From assembly GCA_910584495.1 (NCBI GenBank), contig CAJUAR010000001.1:15733-79732 (forward strand): a stretch of 64,000 nt of DNA, in the 5' to 3' direction. Source of the stretch: an uncultured Muribaculaceae bacterium (GTDB lineage: Bacteria; Bacteroidota; Bacteroidia; Bacteroidales; Muribaculaceae). Positions 8,863 through 18,651 of this stretch are shown here, one piece after another. The notes below the pieces were generated by a model. The model was not told the origin of the DNA and searched no databases. It worked only from the letters and a program-made list of their open reading frames with translations. Made by a program: the position numbers and the translations under genes. How positions within the stretch are numbered: position 1 is the first letter of the stretch; each line of letters starts with the position of its first letter.

Positions 8863-11800
8863 TCAATATTCTTCCCACGATTTGATTTCGATTTCGCTAA
8901 GCGGAATCGTTGTGAATGCGCGTATGAACGCCGATGCAAGACGCGAGTTCGTAATCAAAGGAATGTTGAGATCCACAGCCACACGGCGTATCTTACGTCC
9001 GTTGCTCAGCTCGTGACCGGTGAAGTTCTTGGGCATGTTCACCACCAGGTCTACCTGACGGTTGTGGAGCAGGTCGAGCACCTGGGGCTGCAGCTCGGGG
9101 GTGTCGGGCGTATAGACACGTACTGCCGGAATGCCGTTCTCGTTGAGGAAGGCGCAGGTGCCGGCGGTGGCATATATTGTCAGGCCCGAACGATGGAGCA
9201 GATGAGCAGCCTCGAGCATGTCGGTCTTCTGACGCGACGAGCCATTGCTCATGAGCACAGCCTTTTTGGGCACACGCAGCCCCACAGCGAGAAGCGATGT
9301 GAGAATTGCGGCATCGGTGTCGTCGCCAAGACAACCAACCTCGCCTGTCGAAGCCATGTCGACACCAAGCACGGGGTCGGCCCCGCCAAGACGGCTGAAG
9401 GAGAACTGCGAAGCTTTGATGCCCACATAGTCCAGGTCGAAGGCACTCTTGGCAGGTTTGTCGACATGCTGGCCGAGCATCACTCGCGTTGCAAGGTCGA
9501 TAAAGTTGATTTTCAGCACCTTCGACACGAATGGGAAGGAACGCGAAGCACGCAGGTTACATTCAATCACCTTGATGTCGTTGTTCTTGGCAAGGAACTG
9601 GATGTTGAACGGACCGCTGATGTCGAGAGCCTTGGCAATGGCGTTCGACACTTTTTTGATGCGGCGCATTGTTTCGACATATAGTTTTTGCGGCGGGAAC
9701 TGAATAGTGGCATCGCCGCTGTGCACGCCGGCAAACTCAATGTGTTCGGAAATGGCGTAAGCCTTGATTTCGCCGTGCTCGGCCACGGCATCCATCTCTA
9801 TTTCCTTTGCATACTGAATAAATTCGCTCACCACCACCGGGTGTTTCTTGCTCACATTAGCGGCAAGGGTGAGGAAGCGGCGCAATTCGTCGGGATTGGA
9901 GCACACGTTCATGGCAGCCCCGGAGAGCACGTAGCTCGGACGCACCAGCACGGGGTAGCCCACCTCGTCGACAAAATCCTCGATTCCGGCAAAGTCGGTA
10001 AGCTCACGCCAACGCGGCTGGTCAATGCCCAGGCTGTCGAGCATGGCAGAGAACTTGTTGCGGTCCTCGGCGCGGTCGATGCTCTGTGCCGAAGTGCCGA
10101 GAATGTTTACACCGGCACCGTCGAGGCGTGTTGCAAGGTTGTTGGGAATCTGGCCGCCCACCGACAGAATGACACCGTGCGGATTCTCCATTTCGAGAAT
10201 ATCCATCACACGTTCGTAAGTCAGCTCGTCAAAATAGAGGCGGTCGCAAATATCGTAGTCGGTAGAAACGGTCTCGGGGTTATAGTTGATCATCACCGAA
10301 CGCCACCCCTCGCGTCGAGCTGTCTGCAGGGCGTTGACCGAGCACCAGTCGAATTCCACGGACGAACCAATGCGGTAGGCACCGGAGCCGAGGACAACAA
10401 CCGAACGATGGTCGCCGATATATTCAACATCGTTTTCCGAACCGTTATATGTGAGATAGAGGTAGTTTGTAGCAGCAGGATATTCGGCGGCAAGAGTGTC
10501 GATTTGTTTCACCACCGGCACAATACCCAGCTCTTTGCGGCGGCTTCGCACTGAGGCCATCAAGGCATCGGTATCGACCGAGAAAGCCTGTTTATATAGC
10601 GAACGGCCTATCTGGAAGTCGCTGAAGCCCTGCTGTTTGGCAATTTTCAGCAAGTCGTAGGGCACATCTTCGATCGAACCGTATTTAGCAAGTTCGCCGG
10701 CAGTGGCCATGATGCTGCGCAGCTTGTAGAGGAACCAACGGTCGATTTTTGTGAGTTCGTGGATGCGGTCCACGCTGTAGCCGTCGGCCAGAGCCTTGGC
10801 AATGACAAAGATGCGTCGGTCGGTAGGCTGCTTGAGAGCTGCTTCCACATCGGTGATGTTTATGTCGCGGTTCTCGACAAAGCCGTGCATACCCTGCCCT
10901 ATCATGCGGAGACCTTTCTGAATAGCTTCCTCAAAAGTGCGGCCTATGGCCATCACTTCGCCCACCGATTTCATCGACGAGCCTATGTGGCGGTCGACAC
11001 CGTTGAACTTGCCAAGGTCCCAACGAGGAATTTTGACAACGACATAGTCGAGCGCAGGTTCGAAGAAGGCCGAAGTGCACTGTGTGACATTGTTCTTCAG
11101 CTCGAACAGCCCGGCACCGAGAGCAAGCTTTGCAGCCACGAAAGCCAGGGGATAGCCCGTAGCCTTCGAAGCCAAGGCCGACGAGCGGCTGAGGCGGGCG
11201 TTCACCTCGATTACGCGATAGTCCATCGACGAGGGGTCGTAGGCGTACTGCACATTACATTCGCCAACAATGCCTATGTGGCGTATAATCTTTATAGCCA
11301 GCGAGCGCAGATAATGGTAGTCGTCGTTGGACAGGGTCTGCGATGGAGCGACGACAATCGATTCGCCTGTGTGGATGCCCAGGGGGTCGAAGTTCTCCAT
11401 ATTGCAGACAGTGATGCAGTTGTCGTAGCGGTCGCGGACCACTTCATACTCCACTTCTTTCCAGCCTTTGAGCGATTTCTCAACAAGAACCTGCGGCGAG
11501 AACGAAAGAGCTTTTTCGACAAGCGAGCGAAGTTCGGCATCATTGTCGCAGAAACCGCTTCCCAGACCGCCCAGGGCGTAGGCTGCGCGGACAATCACCG
11601 GATATCCAAGGTGGTTGGCAACGCGGAGCGCGCTATCGACCGATTCCACAGCTTCGGAGCTGATGGTTTTAACATCGATTTCGTTAAGTTTTTCAACAAA
11701 GAGCTCGCGGTCCTCGGTGTCCATAATGGCCTGAACGGGAGTTCCGAGCACTTCCACGCCATATTTTTCGAGCACGCCGTTTCGCCACAGGTCGACGCCG

Positions 11801-12084
11801 CAGTTGAGGGCAGTCTGACCACCGAAAGCAAGGAGAATACCGTCGGGACGTTCTTTTTCGATGACACGCTCCACAAAGTAGGGCGTAACGGGCAGGAAAT
11901 AGACCTTGTCGGCCATACCCTCCGAGGTCTGTACCGTTGCGATATTGGGGTTGACAAGTATTGTGTTCACGCCTTCCTCGCGCAGTGCTTTGAGGGCCTG
12001 TGCTCCGGAATAGTCAAACTCACCGGCTTCGCCGATTTTCAATGCACCGCTGCCGAGCAGCAGGACTTTAGATGGTTTGGTCAT
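8863..12084 (-). CDS. carB: Carbamoyl-phosphate synthase large subunit
   Basis: 1073 aa with duplicated ATP-grasp halves (KVLLLGSGALKIGEAGEFDYSG and VVVLGSGAYRIGSSVEFDWC) and an MGS-like C-terminus. Confidence 0.95.
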   Translation of the reverse strand: MTKPSKVLLLGSGALKIGEAGEFDYSGAQALKALREEGVNTILVNPNIATVQTSEGMADKVYFLPVTPYFVERVIEKERPDGILLAFGGQTALNCGVDLWRNGVLEKYGVEVLGTPVQAIMDTEDRELFVEKLNEIDVKTISSEAVESVDSALRVANHLGYPVIVRAAYALGGLGSGFCDNDAELRSLVEKALSFSPQVLVEKSLKGWKEVEYEVVRDRYDNCITVCNMENFDPLGIHTGESIVVAPSQTLSNDDYHYLRSLAIKIIRHIGIVGECNVQYAYDPSSMDYRVIEVNARLSRSSALASKATGYPLAFVAAKLALGAGLFELKNNVTQCTSAFFEPALDYVVVKIPRWDLGKFNGVDRHIGSSMKSVGEVMAIGRTFEEAIQKGLRMIGQGMHGFVENRDINITDVEAALKQPTDRRIFVIAKALADGYSVDRIHELTKIDRWFLYKLRSIMATAGELAKYGSIEDVPYDLLKIAKQQGFSDFQIGRSLYKQAFSVDTDALMASVRSRRKELGIVPVVKQIDTLAAEYPAATNYLYLTYNGSENDVEYIGDHRSVVVLGSGAYRIGSSVEFDWCSVNALQTARREGWRSVMINYNPETVSTDYDICDRLYFDELTYERVMDILEMENPHGVILSVGGQIPNNLATRLDGAGVNILGTSAQSIDRAEDRNKFSAMLDSLGIDQPRWRELTDFAGIEDFVDEVGYPVLVRPSYVLSGAAMNVCSNPDELRRFLTLAANVSKKHPVVVSEFIQYAKEIEMDAVAEHGEIKAYAISEHIEFAGVHSGDATIQFPPQKLYVETMRRIKKVSNAIAKALDISGPFNIQFLAKNNDIKVIECNLRASRSFPFVSKVLKINFIDLATRVMLGQHVDKPAKSAFDLDYVGIKASQFSFSRLGGADPVLGVDMASTGEVGCLGDDTDAAILTSLLAVGLRVPKKAVLMSNGSSRQKTDMLEAAHLLHRSGLTIYATAGTCAFLNENGIPAVRVYTPDTPELQPQVLDLLHNRQVDLVVNMPKNFTGHELSNGRKIRRVAVDLNIPLITNSRLASAFIRAFTTIPLSEIEIKSWEEY

Positions 12085-12096
12085 ACTTCGGGGGAA

Positions 12097-13251
12097 TTAT
12101 TTGGAGAGGTCTTTGATAAATTCGTCAAAAAGGAATTCGGTGTCGCGAGGGCCGCTTGAAGCCTCGGGATGGAACTGAGCCGACCAGAATGGAAGGGTTT
12201 TGTGACGCACTCCTTCGTTGGTGCCGTCGTTCATGTTGACGAACAGCGCCTCCCAGTCGGGACCGAGCGATTCGGTGTCGACGGCAAAACCGTGGTTCTG
12301 CGAGGTGATGAAACAGCGGTTGGAGCCCACAAGGCGCACGGGCTGGTTGTGGCTGCGATGGCCGTATTTCAATTTGTATGTGCGTCCGCCGGCGGCTTTT
12401 GCCAGCAGCTGGTTGCCCATGCAGATGCCGCATATTGGTTTGCGGCGCTCCATGGCGCGGCGAATATTGTCGACAGTTGTGGTAGCAAAATCGGGGTTGC
12501 CCGGCCCGTTGCTGATAAACAGGCCGTCCCATTCAAGGGTGTTGAAATCGAAATCCCAAGGCACACGCACCACACGCACTCCGCGATGGAGCAGACAGCG
12601 GATAATATTGTGCTTAATGCCGCAGTCCACCAGGACAACGGTCTTCAAACCTTTCGGAGCCGGACCGGCTTGGGCGAGCGGAACGGGCCGGCAGCCGATG
12701 CCGTCGTAAACCAAAGGCTCGCCAATAGAGGTCATCGCTATGAGGTTGTAGGCATTGGGATCGTAGAAATCTATATCGTCGCCGTCCTCAAAAGTAATTT
12801 TGCCAAGCATCGAGCCATGGTTGCGCAGATGTTTGGTCAGGGCTCGGGTGTCAATATCGTAAAGACCGGGAATTTTTTCCTGCTTGAGCCATTCGGCAAG
12901 CGACTTGTCGGCCAGCCAGTGGCTGAAATAGAAGGCATAGTCCTGGGCGATGATAGCGCGACAGTGAATGCGCGACCCTTCAAGATAGGTTTTAAGGTCG
13001 TCATCGCCAAGTGTCGGCGGCACGCCGTAGTTGCCAAGTTGTGGGAAGGTTGTCACCAGAATCTGCCCTTCGTAGGATGGGTCGGTAAGACTTTCGGGAT
13101 AGCCCGTCATTGCGGTGTTGAACACTACTTCGCCGGCAGCGGGACCTTCATAGCCAAAGCTGCGGCCTGCATAAGTTGTGCCGTCCTCGAGGGTGAGAAC
13201 GGCTTTTTTGCTCGCCTGCATAGATGTTGTTATCAGTTGTGAGGGGTTCAT
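12097..13251 (-). CDS. carA: Carbamoyl-phosphate synthase small (glutamine-hydrolysing) subunit
   Basis: AVLTLEDGTTYAGRSFG start, and a GATase triad region ICGICMGNQLL with HGFAV. It lies 12 nt upstream of carB. The start could instead be the Met at 13221. Confidence 0.9.
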   Translation of the reverse strand: MNPSQLITTSMQASKKAVLTLEDGTTYAGRSFGYEGPAAGEVVFNTAMTGYPESLTDPSYEGQILVTTFPQLGNYGVPPTLGDDDLKTYLEGSRIHCRAIIAQDYAFYFSHWLADKSLAEWLKQEKIPGLYDIDTRALTKHLRNHGSMLGKITFEDGDDIDFYDPNAYNLIAMTSIGEPLVYDGIGCRPVPLAQAGPAPKGLKTVVLVDCGIKHNIIRCLLHRGVRVVRVPWDFDFNTLEWDGLFISNGPGNPDFATTTVDNIRRAMERRKPICGICMGNQLLAKAAGGRTYKLKYGHRSHNQPVRLVGSNRCFITSQNHGFAVDTESLGPDWEALFVNMNDGTNEGVRHKTLPFWSAQFHPEASSGPRDTEFLFDEFIKDLSK

Positions 13252-13281
13252 ACTTCAACGGCCCCTTTTGGGAAGACCATG

Positions 13282-13313
13282 CAAAGTTACGACATATATT
13301 CCGCAACTGCAAA
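13282..13313 (-). promoter_or_regulatory. Candidate carAB promoter (-33 TTTG, 20-nt spacer, -7 TAACTTTG)
   Basis: On the minus strand, TAACTTTG sits at 13282..13289 and TTTG at 13310..13313, 30 nt upstream of the carA ATG. Confidence 0.45.
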
Positions 13314-13383
13314 AAAAACTGAACCCGTCAGGCAGAAAAGCATATTCAAGGACGGAGAGTGTGGCAGAATGACAAAAACTTTG

Positions 13384-13391
13384 TAACTTTG
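13384..13391 (+). promoter_or_regulatory. Candidate -7 box (TAACTTTG) for the flippase-like gene, divergent from the carAB promoter
   Basis: Exact TAnnTTTG match 44 nt upstream of the ATG at 13436. No well-spaced -33 TTTG was found. Confidence 0.3.
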
Positions 13392-13435
13392 CAAGTTGAA
13401 GCGGTATAGGTGCCGCGGCAAAGAAATTTAAAATT

Positions 13436-14470
13436 ATGTCCCAATCCAAGAAGCGTCGTTTTTGGCGCGACATCATCAAATATATTATCCCGCTGGTAAT
13501 CAGCGTAGGACTATGCTATTTGCTGTTTACCGACATCGACTTTGGCGAGATGGTGGACATCATTCGCCACGAATGTGACTTCCGTTGGATACTTTTGGGC
13601 TTCGTATTCTCGATATTTGCGCAGATTTGCCGAGGCCTCAGATGGGGAATACAGCTTCGGGCTCTCGGCATCCATGCACCGCTGCATGCCTTGGTGCTGA
13701 GTATTTTCGGAACGTATGCCGTCAATCTTGTTTTTCCCCGTCTTGGCGAAGTGTGGCGCACAGGCTATATAGCTCAACGCCAATCGGCACCGTTTACTAC
13801 CGTCTTCGGGTCGATGGTTGCCGACCGACTGGCCGACACCGTATTTGTGCTCTTGCTCACAGGTTTTACGTTCATAATTGCCTCAGGCTCGATATTGAGC
13901 TTCCTGCACGAGAACGGCGAAAGCTATGCAGCCATAGCACGTATTCTTGAATCGCCATGGTTGTGGACGACCTTAGTGCTCTGCGTGGCCGGAGTTTGGG
14001 CTTTTATGCGTTGGACAACAGAAAATCAGGCAGTCAGGAAAATTCAGCATGCCGTAGTAGAACTGTGGCAAGGTTTTGCCGTGGTTGCAAAAATGCCCGG
14101 CAAAGGACGCTGGCTGCTGCTGACCCTCGGCATATGGGGCGGCTATTTCACTCAGACCTATGTTGTGTTCTATGCCTTTCCCTTCACAGCCGAGCTATTG
14201 TCAGCCCATGGCATAGAACTTGCCCTTGTCACATTTGTTCTGGGCAGCATTGCAATGGGTGTGCCCTCAAACGGCGGCATAGGTCCATGGCAGTGGGCAA
14301 CAATGTTTGCACTGGGCATCTACGGCCTTGGAGAGACACAGGGCGGAGCCTGGGCCAACCTTGTGCTGGGAACCAATACATTGATGACAATAGTACTGGG
14401 CATCATCACCTTTGTGTGGATAGCCCTCGACAAAAAGAAAACAAAACGGGTCGAAATCCCGACAACATAA
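13436..14470 (+). CDS. Flippase-like / lysylphosphatidylglycerol-synthase-TM-region family membrane protein
   Basis: 344 aa and polytopic. The start KKRRFWRDIIKYIIPLVISVGLCYLLF is typical of the LPG_synthase_TM (UPF0104) family. Confidence 0.65.
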   Translation: MSQSKKRRFWRDIIKYIIPLVISVGLCYLLFTDIDFGEMVDIIRHECDFRWILLGFVFSIFAQICRGLRWGIQLRALGIHAPLHALVLSIFGTYAVNLVFPRLGEVWRTGYIAQRQSAPFTTVFGSMVADRLADTVFVLLLTGFTFIIASGSILSFLHENGESYAAIARILESPWLWTTLVLCVAGVWAFMRWTTENQAVRKIQHAVVELWQGFAVVAKMPGKGRWLLLTLGIWGGYFTQTYVVFYAFPFTAELLSAHGIELALVTFVLGSIAMGVPSNGGIGPWQWATMFALGIYGLGETQGGAWANLVLGTNTLMTIVLGIITFVWIALDKKKTKRVEIPTT

Positions 14471-14503
14471 TACTTAACAAACCTTTTTCAACGAAACGGA
14501 AAA

Positions 14504-15703
14504 ATGGCAAAAGTCATAATTATAGGTGCCGGCGGAGTTGGGTCGGTAGTGGCGCACAAATGTGCCAAGCATCCCGAAGTGTTCACCGAAATTGTTATTG
14601 CCTCGCGCACTCGCAGCAAATGCGATGCTTTGGCAGCGGCCATAGACGCTCCTAACATCAGCACCGACAGCGTCGATGCCGACAGTGTGGCCCAGCTCGA
14701 AGAACTCTTCCGCCGCCACAAGCCTGACATGGTAATTAATGTGGCCCTTCCCTATCAGGACCTCACCATCATGGAAGCCTGCCTGAGCTGTGGGGTGAAC
14801 TACCTGGACACTGCCAACTACGAGCCCAAGGATGTTGCTCACTTTGAATATTCCTGGCAGTGGGCCTACCGCGAACGTTTTGAGAAAGCCGGACTTACGG
14901 CAATTCTCGGCTGCGGTTTCGACCCCGGTGTGAGCGGCGTGTTCACCGCCTATGCAGCAAAGCACTGGTTCTCGGAGATGGAATATCTCGACATTGTGGA
15001 CTGCAACGCCGGAAATCACGGCAAGGCTTTTGCCACAAACTTCAACCCCGAAATCAACATCCGCGAAATTACCCAGAACGGACGCTACTACGAAGATGGC
15101 AAATGGGTGACAACCAAACCCTTGGAAATACATCGCACACTGACATACCCCAACATCGGCGGCCGCGATTCCTACCTTCTCTATCACGAAGAGCTTGAAT
15201 CGCTTGTGCTCAACTATCCCACTATCAAGCGTGCACGCTTCTGGATGACTTTCGGACAGGAATACCTCACCCATCTTCGTGTGATTCAGGATATAGGCAT
15301 GGCCCGCATCGACGAGGTGGACTACAACGGCACCAAAATTGTGCCCCTGCAGTTCCTCAAAGCCGTTCTTCCCAATCCCCAGGACCTTGGCAAGAACTAT
15401 ACCGGCGAAACTTCGATTGGTTGCCGCATTTCCGGCAAGGGCAAGGACGGAGAGCCGATGACCTACTACATCTACAACAACTGCTCGCACCACGAGGCTT
15501 ATCTCGAAACCGGCATGCAGGCTGTCAGCTATACCACCGGCGTTCCGGCCATGGTGGGCGCCATGATGTTCCTCACCGGCAAATGGAACAAGCCCGGCGT
15601 GCACAATGTTGAAGAATTCGACCCCGATCCATTCCTCGCCGCTCTTGCCGAAAACGGTCTGCCCTGGCATGAGATTGTGAACCAAGACCTGGAGCTGGAT
15701 TGA
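14504..15703 (+). CDS. Saccharopine-dehydrogenase-family protein, probable carboxynorspermidine synthase
   Basis: Rossmann start MAKVIIIGAGGVGSVVAHKCA. The 399-aa length and overall text match the Bacteroidetes carboxy(nor)spermidine dehydrogenase type. Confidence 0.75.
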   Translation: MAKVIIIGAGGVGSVVAHKCAKHPEVFTEIVIASRTRSKCDALAAAIDAPNISTDSVDADSVAQLEELFRRHKPDMVINVALPYQDLTIMEACLSCGVNYLDTANYEPKDVAHFEYSWQWAYRERFEKAGLTAILGCGFDPGVSGVFTAYAAKHWFSEMEYLDIVDCNAGNHGKAFATNFNPEINIREITQNGRYYEDGKWVTTKPLEIHRTLTYPNIGGRDSYLLYHEELESLVLNYPTIKRARFWMTFGQEYLTHLRVIQDIGMARIDEVDYNGTKIVPLQFLKAVLPNPQDLGKNYTGETSIGCRISGKGKDGEPMTYYIYNNCSHHEAYLETGMQAVSYTTGVPAMVGAMMFLTGKWNKPGVHNVEEFDPDPFLAALAENGLPWHEIVNQDLELD

Positions 15704-15754
15704 GGCTGACGCAATTACAGCAACAGGATAGGATTGAAAATTTTGCACTTTTAA

Positions 15755-16534
15755 TTGAATAATATGGTATCGGCAGCAATCATCACCTATAACGAGGCTC
15801 GCAATATTGAGCGCTGTCTCAATTCGCTCATCGGCGTTGTCGATGAAATTGTCGTTGTGGATTCGTTTTCTACCGATGCCACCGTGGAAATATGCCGCCG
15901 TTACGGAGCTGTGGTTACAAGCCGCAGCTTCGACGGCTATGGCTCGCAGAGGCAGTATGCCGCCGGCCTGACACATGGGCGCTATGTGCTGTCGATCGAT
16001 GCCGACGAGGTGCTCGACGAGCAGCTGCGCAACAACATCATAGCCCTCAAAAAACGTGGATTCGACCACCGCATGTATGCTTTCAAAGTTGTGCACCTCA
16101 TCTGCGGACACCCTATGCGCGGCAGCGGCATGAAGCCGGACATTCAGACACGTCTTTTCGACAAACGTTATGCCTCGTGGAATCTTGCCGATGTCGACGA
16201 GCGTGTGACATATCCCGGCAGTGTCAATCCGTGCATCATAGGCGGTGAAATGCACCACTACCGCTGCAACGACCTCGAAGAGCTTGCCTACAAAGAATTG
16301 CGCAACGCCGAGCTGCGCGGGCGCACCCTTGCCGCCGCCGGCATCAATGCCCCCGGTCCGTTATGCTGGTTTCGCGCAGCCTGCGCTTTCCTCAACTGCC
16401 ACACTCGGCAAGGGGCTCTTCTCGACGGAGCCACGGGTAATAAGGTGGCCATGTTGCGATTCCGCACCACCCTTGCCACCTACCGTTCGGCCCATCGCAT
16501 AGCAAACCAACTTAAGGAGGACTCCGGACGATGA
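15755..16534 (+). CDS. Family 2 glycosyltransferase (LPS-core type)
   Basis: VSAAIITYNEARNIERCLNSL and VVVDSFSTDAT, with a DxD-like SIDADE motif. Confidence 0.8.
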   Translation: MNNMVSAAIITYNEARNIERCLNSLIGVVDEIVVVDSFSTDATVEICRRYGAVVTSRSFDGYGSQRQYAAGLTHGRYVLSIDADEVLDEQLRNNIIALKKRGFDHRMYAFKVVHLICGHPMRGSGMKPDIQTRLFDKRYASWNLADVDERVTYPGSVNPCIIGGEMHHYRCNDLEELAYKELRNAELRGRTLAAAGINAPGPLCWFRAACAFLNCHTRQGALLDGATGNKVAMLRFRTTLATYRSAHRIANQLKEDSGR

Positions 16535-17298
16535 TTCACATCACTGTCAGCCCGGCACACGAAGATGTGCGCCCCATTGTCGAGGATATTGCCCGAAACG
16601 GCATCCCCGACGATGTTGTTTTTATCCATCGAGGACGCAATACCATTGCCTATATTCCCGACCCTCCGCTCAACATCAAGGCCTATCGTCCTCCCTCGGG
16701 CCTCAAAAGCCTGATATACGGCACCATGCGGGCACCCAAGGCCAGGAGGGCTTATCTTTTTGCCCAACGGCTTATATCTTTGGGTTTCAACACGCCCGAG
16801 CCTATAGCCTTTGTCGAAGAACACCAAGGACCTCGTCTTGTACGTTCATATTTCATAAGCCGCCAGCTTTTTGGCTGGCGCGAAATCCGCAACATAGAAT
16901 TCGACCCCATTTTCGACGATTTGGTAGAGCCTCTGGCCCGATTTGTTGCCGACCTTCATGCCAAGGGTGTGAATATGAAAGATATGACCCCCGGCAATAT
17001 CCTTTTCAAGAAGAATGACGAAGGCCGTTGGGATTTCTGTCTGGTAGACATCAACCGCATGGCCTTCGAGAATATCGACAAAGCCACAGTGCTCTCCAAC
17101 TTTGCAGGCGTTCTGAACACCCGCCATGCCGTCGTGCGCGTGGCCAGGGCCTATGCCGAGGTCCGCGGCTGGGATGCCGATGCCTTCGCGGACGAAGTGT
17201 CGAAGGCGGTACTCGACCGCAGGGCCGCGCGACTTCGCAAACGCGCTCTCAAACGCCGCTTCCTTCCCAAGCCCAAACCACGCCAAATAATACGCTGA
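16531..17298 (+). CDS. Lipopolysaccharide kinase (Kdo/WaaP/InaA) family protein
   Basis: Its ATGA start overlaps the stop of the glycosyltransferase. The kinase catalytic-loop-like GVNMKDMTPGNILF and LVDINRM fit the family. Confidence 0.65.
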   Translation: MIHITVSPAHEDVRPIVEDIARNGIPDDVVFIHRGRNTIAYIPDPPLNIKAYRPPSGLKSLIYGTMRAPKARRAYLFAQRLISLGFNTPEPIAFVEEHQGPRLVRSYFISRQLFGWREIRNIEFDPIFDDLVEPLARFVADLHAKGVNMKDMTPGNILFKKNDEGRWDFCLVDINRMAFENIDKATVLSNFAGVLNTRHAVVRVARAYAEVRGWDADAFADEVSKAVLDRRAARLRKRALKRRFLPKPKPRQIIR

Positions 17299-18558
17299 TT
17301 ATCTGGGACGCTGCTGCTGTTTGAGAAGCAGGCGCAAACCGGCAGAAAATGTGAAATAGTTCCACATCCAGTTGATGAACACCACAGTGCGATTGCGCAT
17401 GCCCAGAATGGAGCGCAGATGCACAAACAGCCATGCCGCCCATGCCAGCCGGCCGCTAAGGTGAAACTTGCCCACATCGGCAACGGCACGATTGCGGCCA
17501 ATGGTGGCCATAGTGCCAAAATTGCGATAGACAAAGGGATGCCGCTCGCTGCCGCCGTTGAGATTACGTGCAAGGTTCTCGCCTTGCTGTAGAGCCACTT
17601 GTGCCAGCTGCGGATGCCCCTTCGGATATTTTTCGCTCATCATCAAGGCAATATCGCCTATTGCATATACGTCCGTCATCCCTCTGACGGCATTATACTC
17701 ATCAACAATAAAACGACGGCCCGGCCCCGGTTCGACTTCGGAGCCTCGCAGCTCGAATGGAACGCCCGTAACACCTGCTGTCCATATCACCGTCGAGGCA
17801 TTGAGAAGTTGGCCGTCGGCAAACTGTGTAACGCCGTGACGGTAGCTTTTGAGCTGCTTGCCAAGCCAAATGTCGACAAGCAGCTGCCTGAGACCCTTCT
17901 CGGCATCAGCCGACGACCTTGCACCCATGGAGGCCAGCAGCACGCCGGACCCCTCGGCAAGAATCACCCTCACCTCGTCGGGCGAGATTGTCGGGTATTC
18001 GCGCTTTATGACAAAACGCTTCATTTCGCCCAGCGCACCGGCCATTTCAACACCGGCGGGGCCGCCACCCACCACCACGAAGGTGAGAAGGCTGCGACGC
18101 TCCTCGCCCGGCGGCAGCAGGGCTGCGCGTTCGAGGCGTGCAAGCACCTTGTTGCGCACGCGGATTGCTTCCGAAGTGCTTTTGAGTGTCACCACACTCT
18201 CGGCAAGACCTTCGATACCGAAAAAATTGTTTGTGGTGCCGCAGGCAATTACCAGACGGTCATAGGGAATCTCCTCGTACTGTGTCACCACAACTTTGCG
18301 TTCCACATCGATAGAGCCAACCTCACCCAGATGGAACGAACACCCTTTATAGCGGCGGCCGCGAACTTCGCGCCGCAGCGGAAAAGAAATGCTCGCCGGC
18401 TCAAGACCGGACGATGCGACCTGGTAGAACAATGGAGGAAAGCTGTGGTAATTGTTGCGGTCCACAATCACCACTTCATATTGTTTTTTGTCGAGGGCGC
18501 GGGCGAGTTTCAGACCTCCAAAGCCGCCGCCGATGACCACTATACGTTGTTTAGCCAT
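17299..18558 (-). CDS. ndh: Type II NADH dehydrogenase (NDH-2), FAD/NAD(P)-dependent oxidoreductase
   Basis: Two dinucleotide folds are present (KQRIVVIGGGFGG and FVVVGGGPAGVEMAG). I chose the start at MAKQRIVV because a TAAATTTG -7 box sits at 18579..18586 on this strand. Confidence 0.85.
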   Translation of the reverse strand: MAKQRIVVIGGGFGGLKLARALDKKQYEVVIVDRNNYHSFPPLFYQVASSGLEPASISFPLRREVRGRRYKGCSFHLGEVGSIDVERKVVVTQYEEIPYDRLVIACGTTNNFFGIEGLAESVVTLKSTSEAIRVRNKVLARLERAALLPPGEERRSLLTFVVVGGGPAGVEMAGALGEMKRFVIKREYPTISPDEVRVILAEGSGVLLASMGARSSADAEKGLRQLLVDIWLGKQLKSYRHGVTQFADGQLLNASTVIWTAGVTGVPFELRGSEVEPGPGRRFIVDEYNAVRGMTDVYAIGDIALMMSEKYPKGHPQLAQVALQQGENLARNLNGGSERHPFVYRNFGTMATIGRNRAVADVGKFHLSGRLAWAAWLFVHLRSILGMRNRTVVFINWMWNYFTFSAGLRLLLKQQQRPR

Positions 18559-18651
18559 AAAAATAATCGATAAAAGCACAAATTTACAACATCATAGGGC
18601 GGCAATATGTTTGAAAATGCTTATTTTTGCGGTAGTAAAAATATTCACTGC

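Noticed and set aside
10759-12159. 466-aa plus-strand ORF, and similar ones at 8848..9684, 9688..10554 and 12169..13242
   Set aside because: All are antisense to carB or carA, whose identity is unambiguous.
14474-16258. 594-aa ORF on the minus strand spanning two plus-strand genes
   Set aside because: It lies antisense to the well-supported carboxynorspermidine-synthase-like and GT2 genes. The translation is low-complexity (rich in A, G, V and H) with no recognisable motifs. Long stop-free antisense frames are expected in GC-rich, codon-biased genes.
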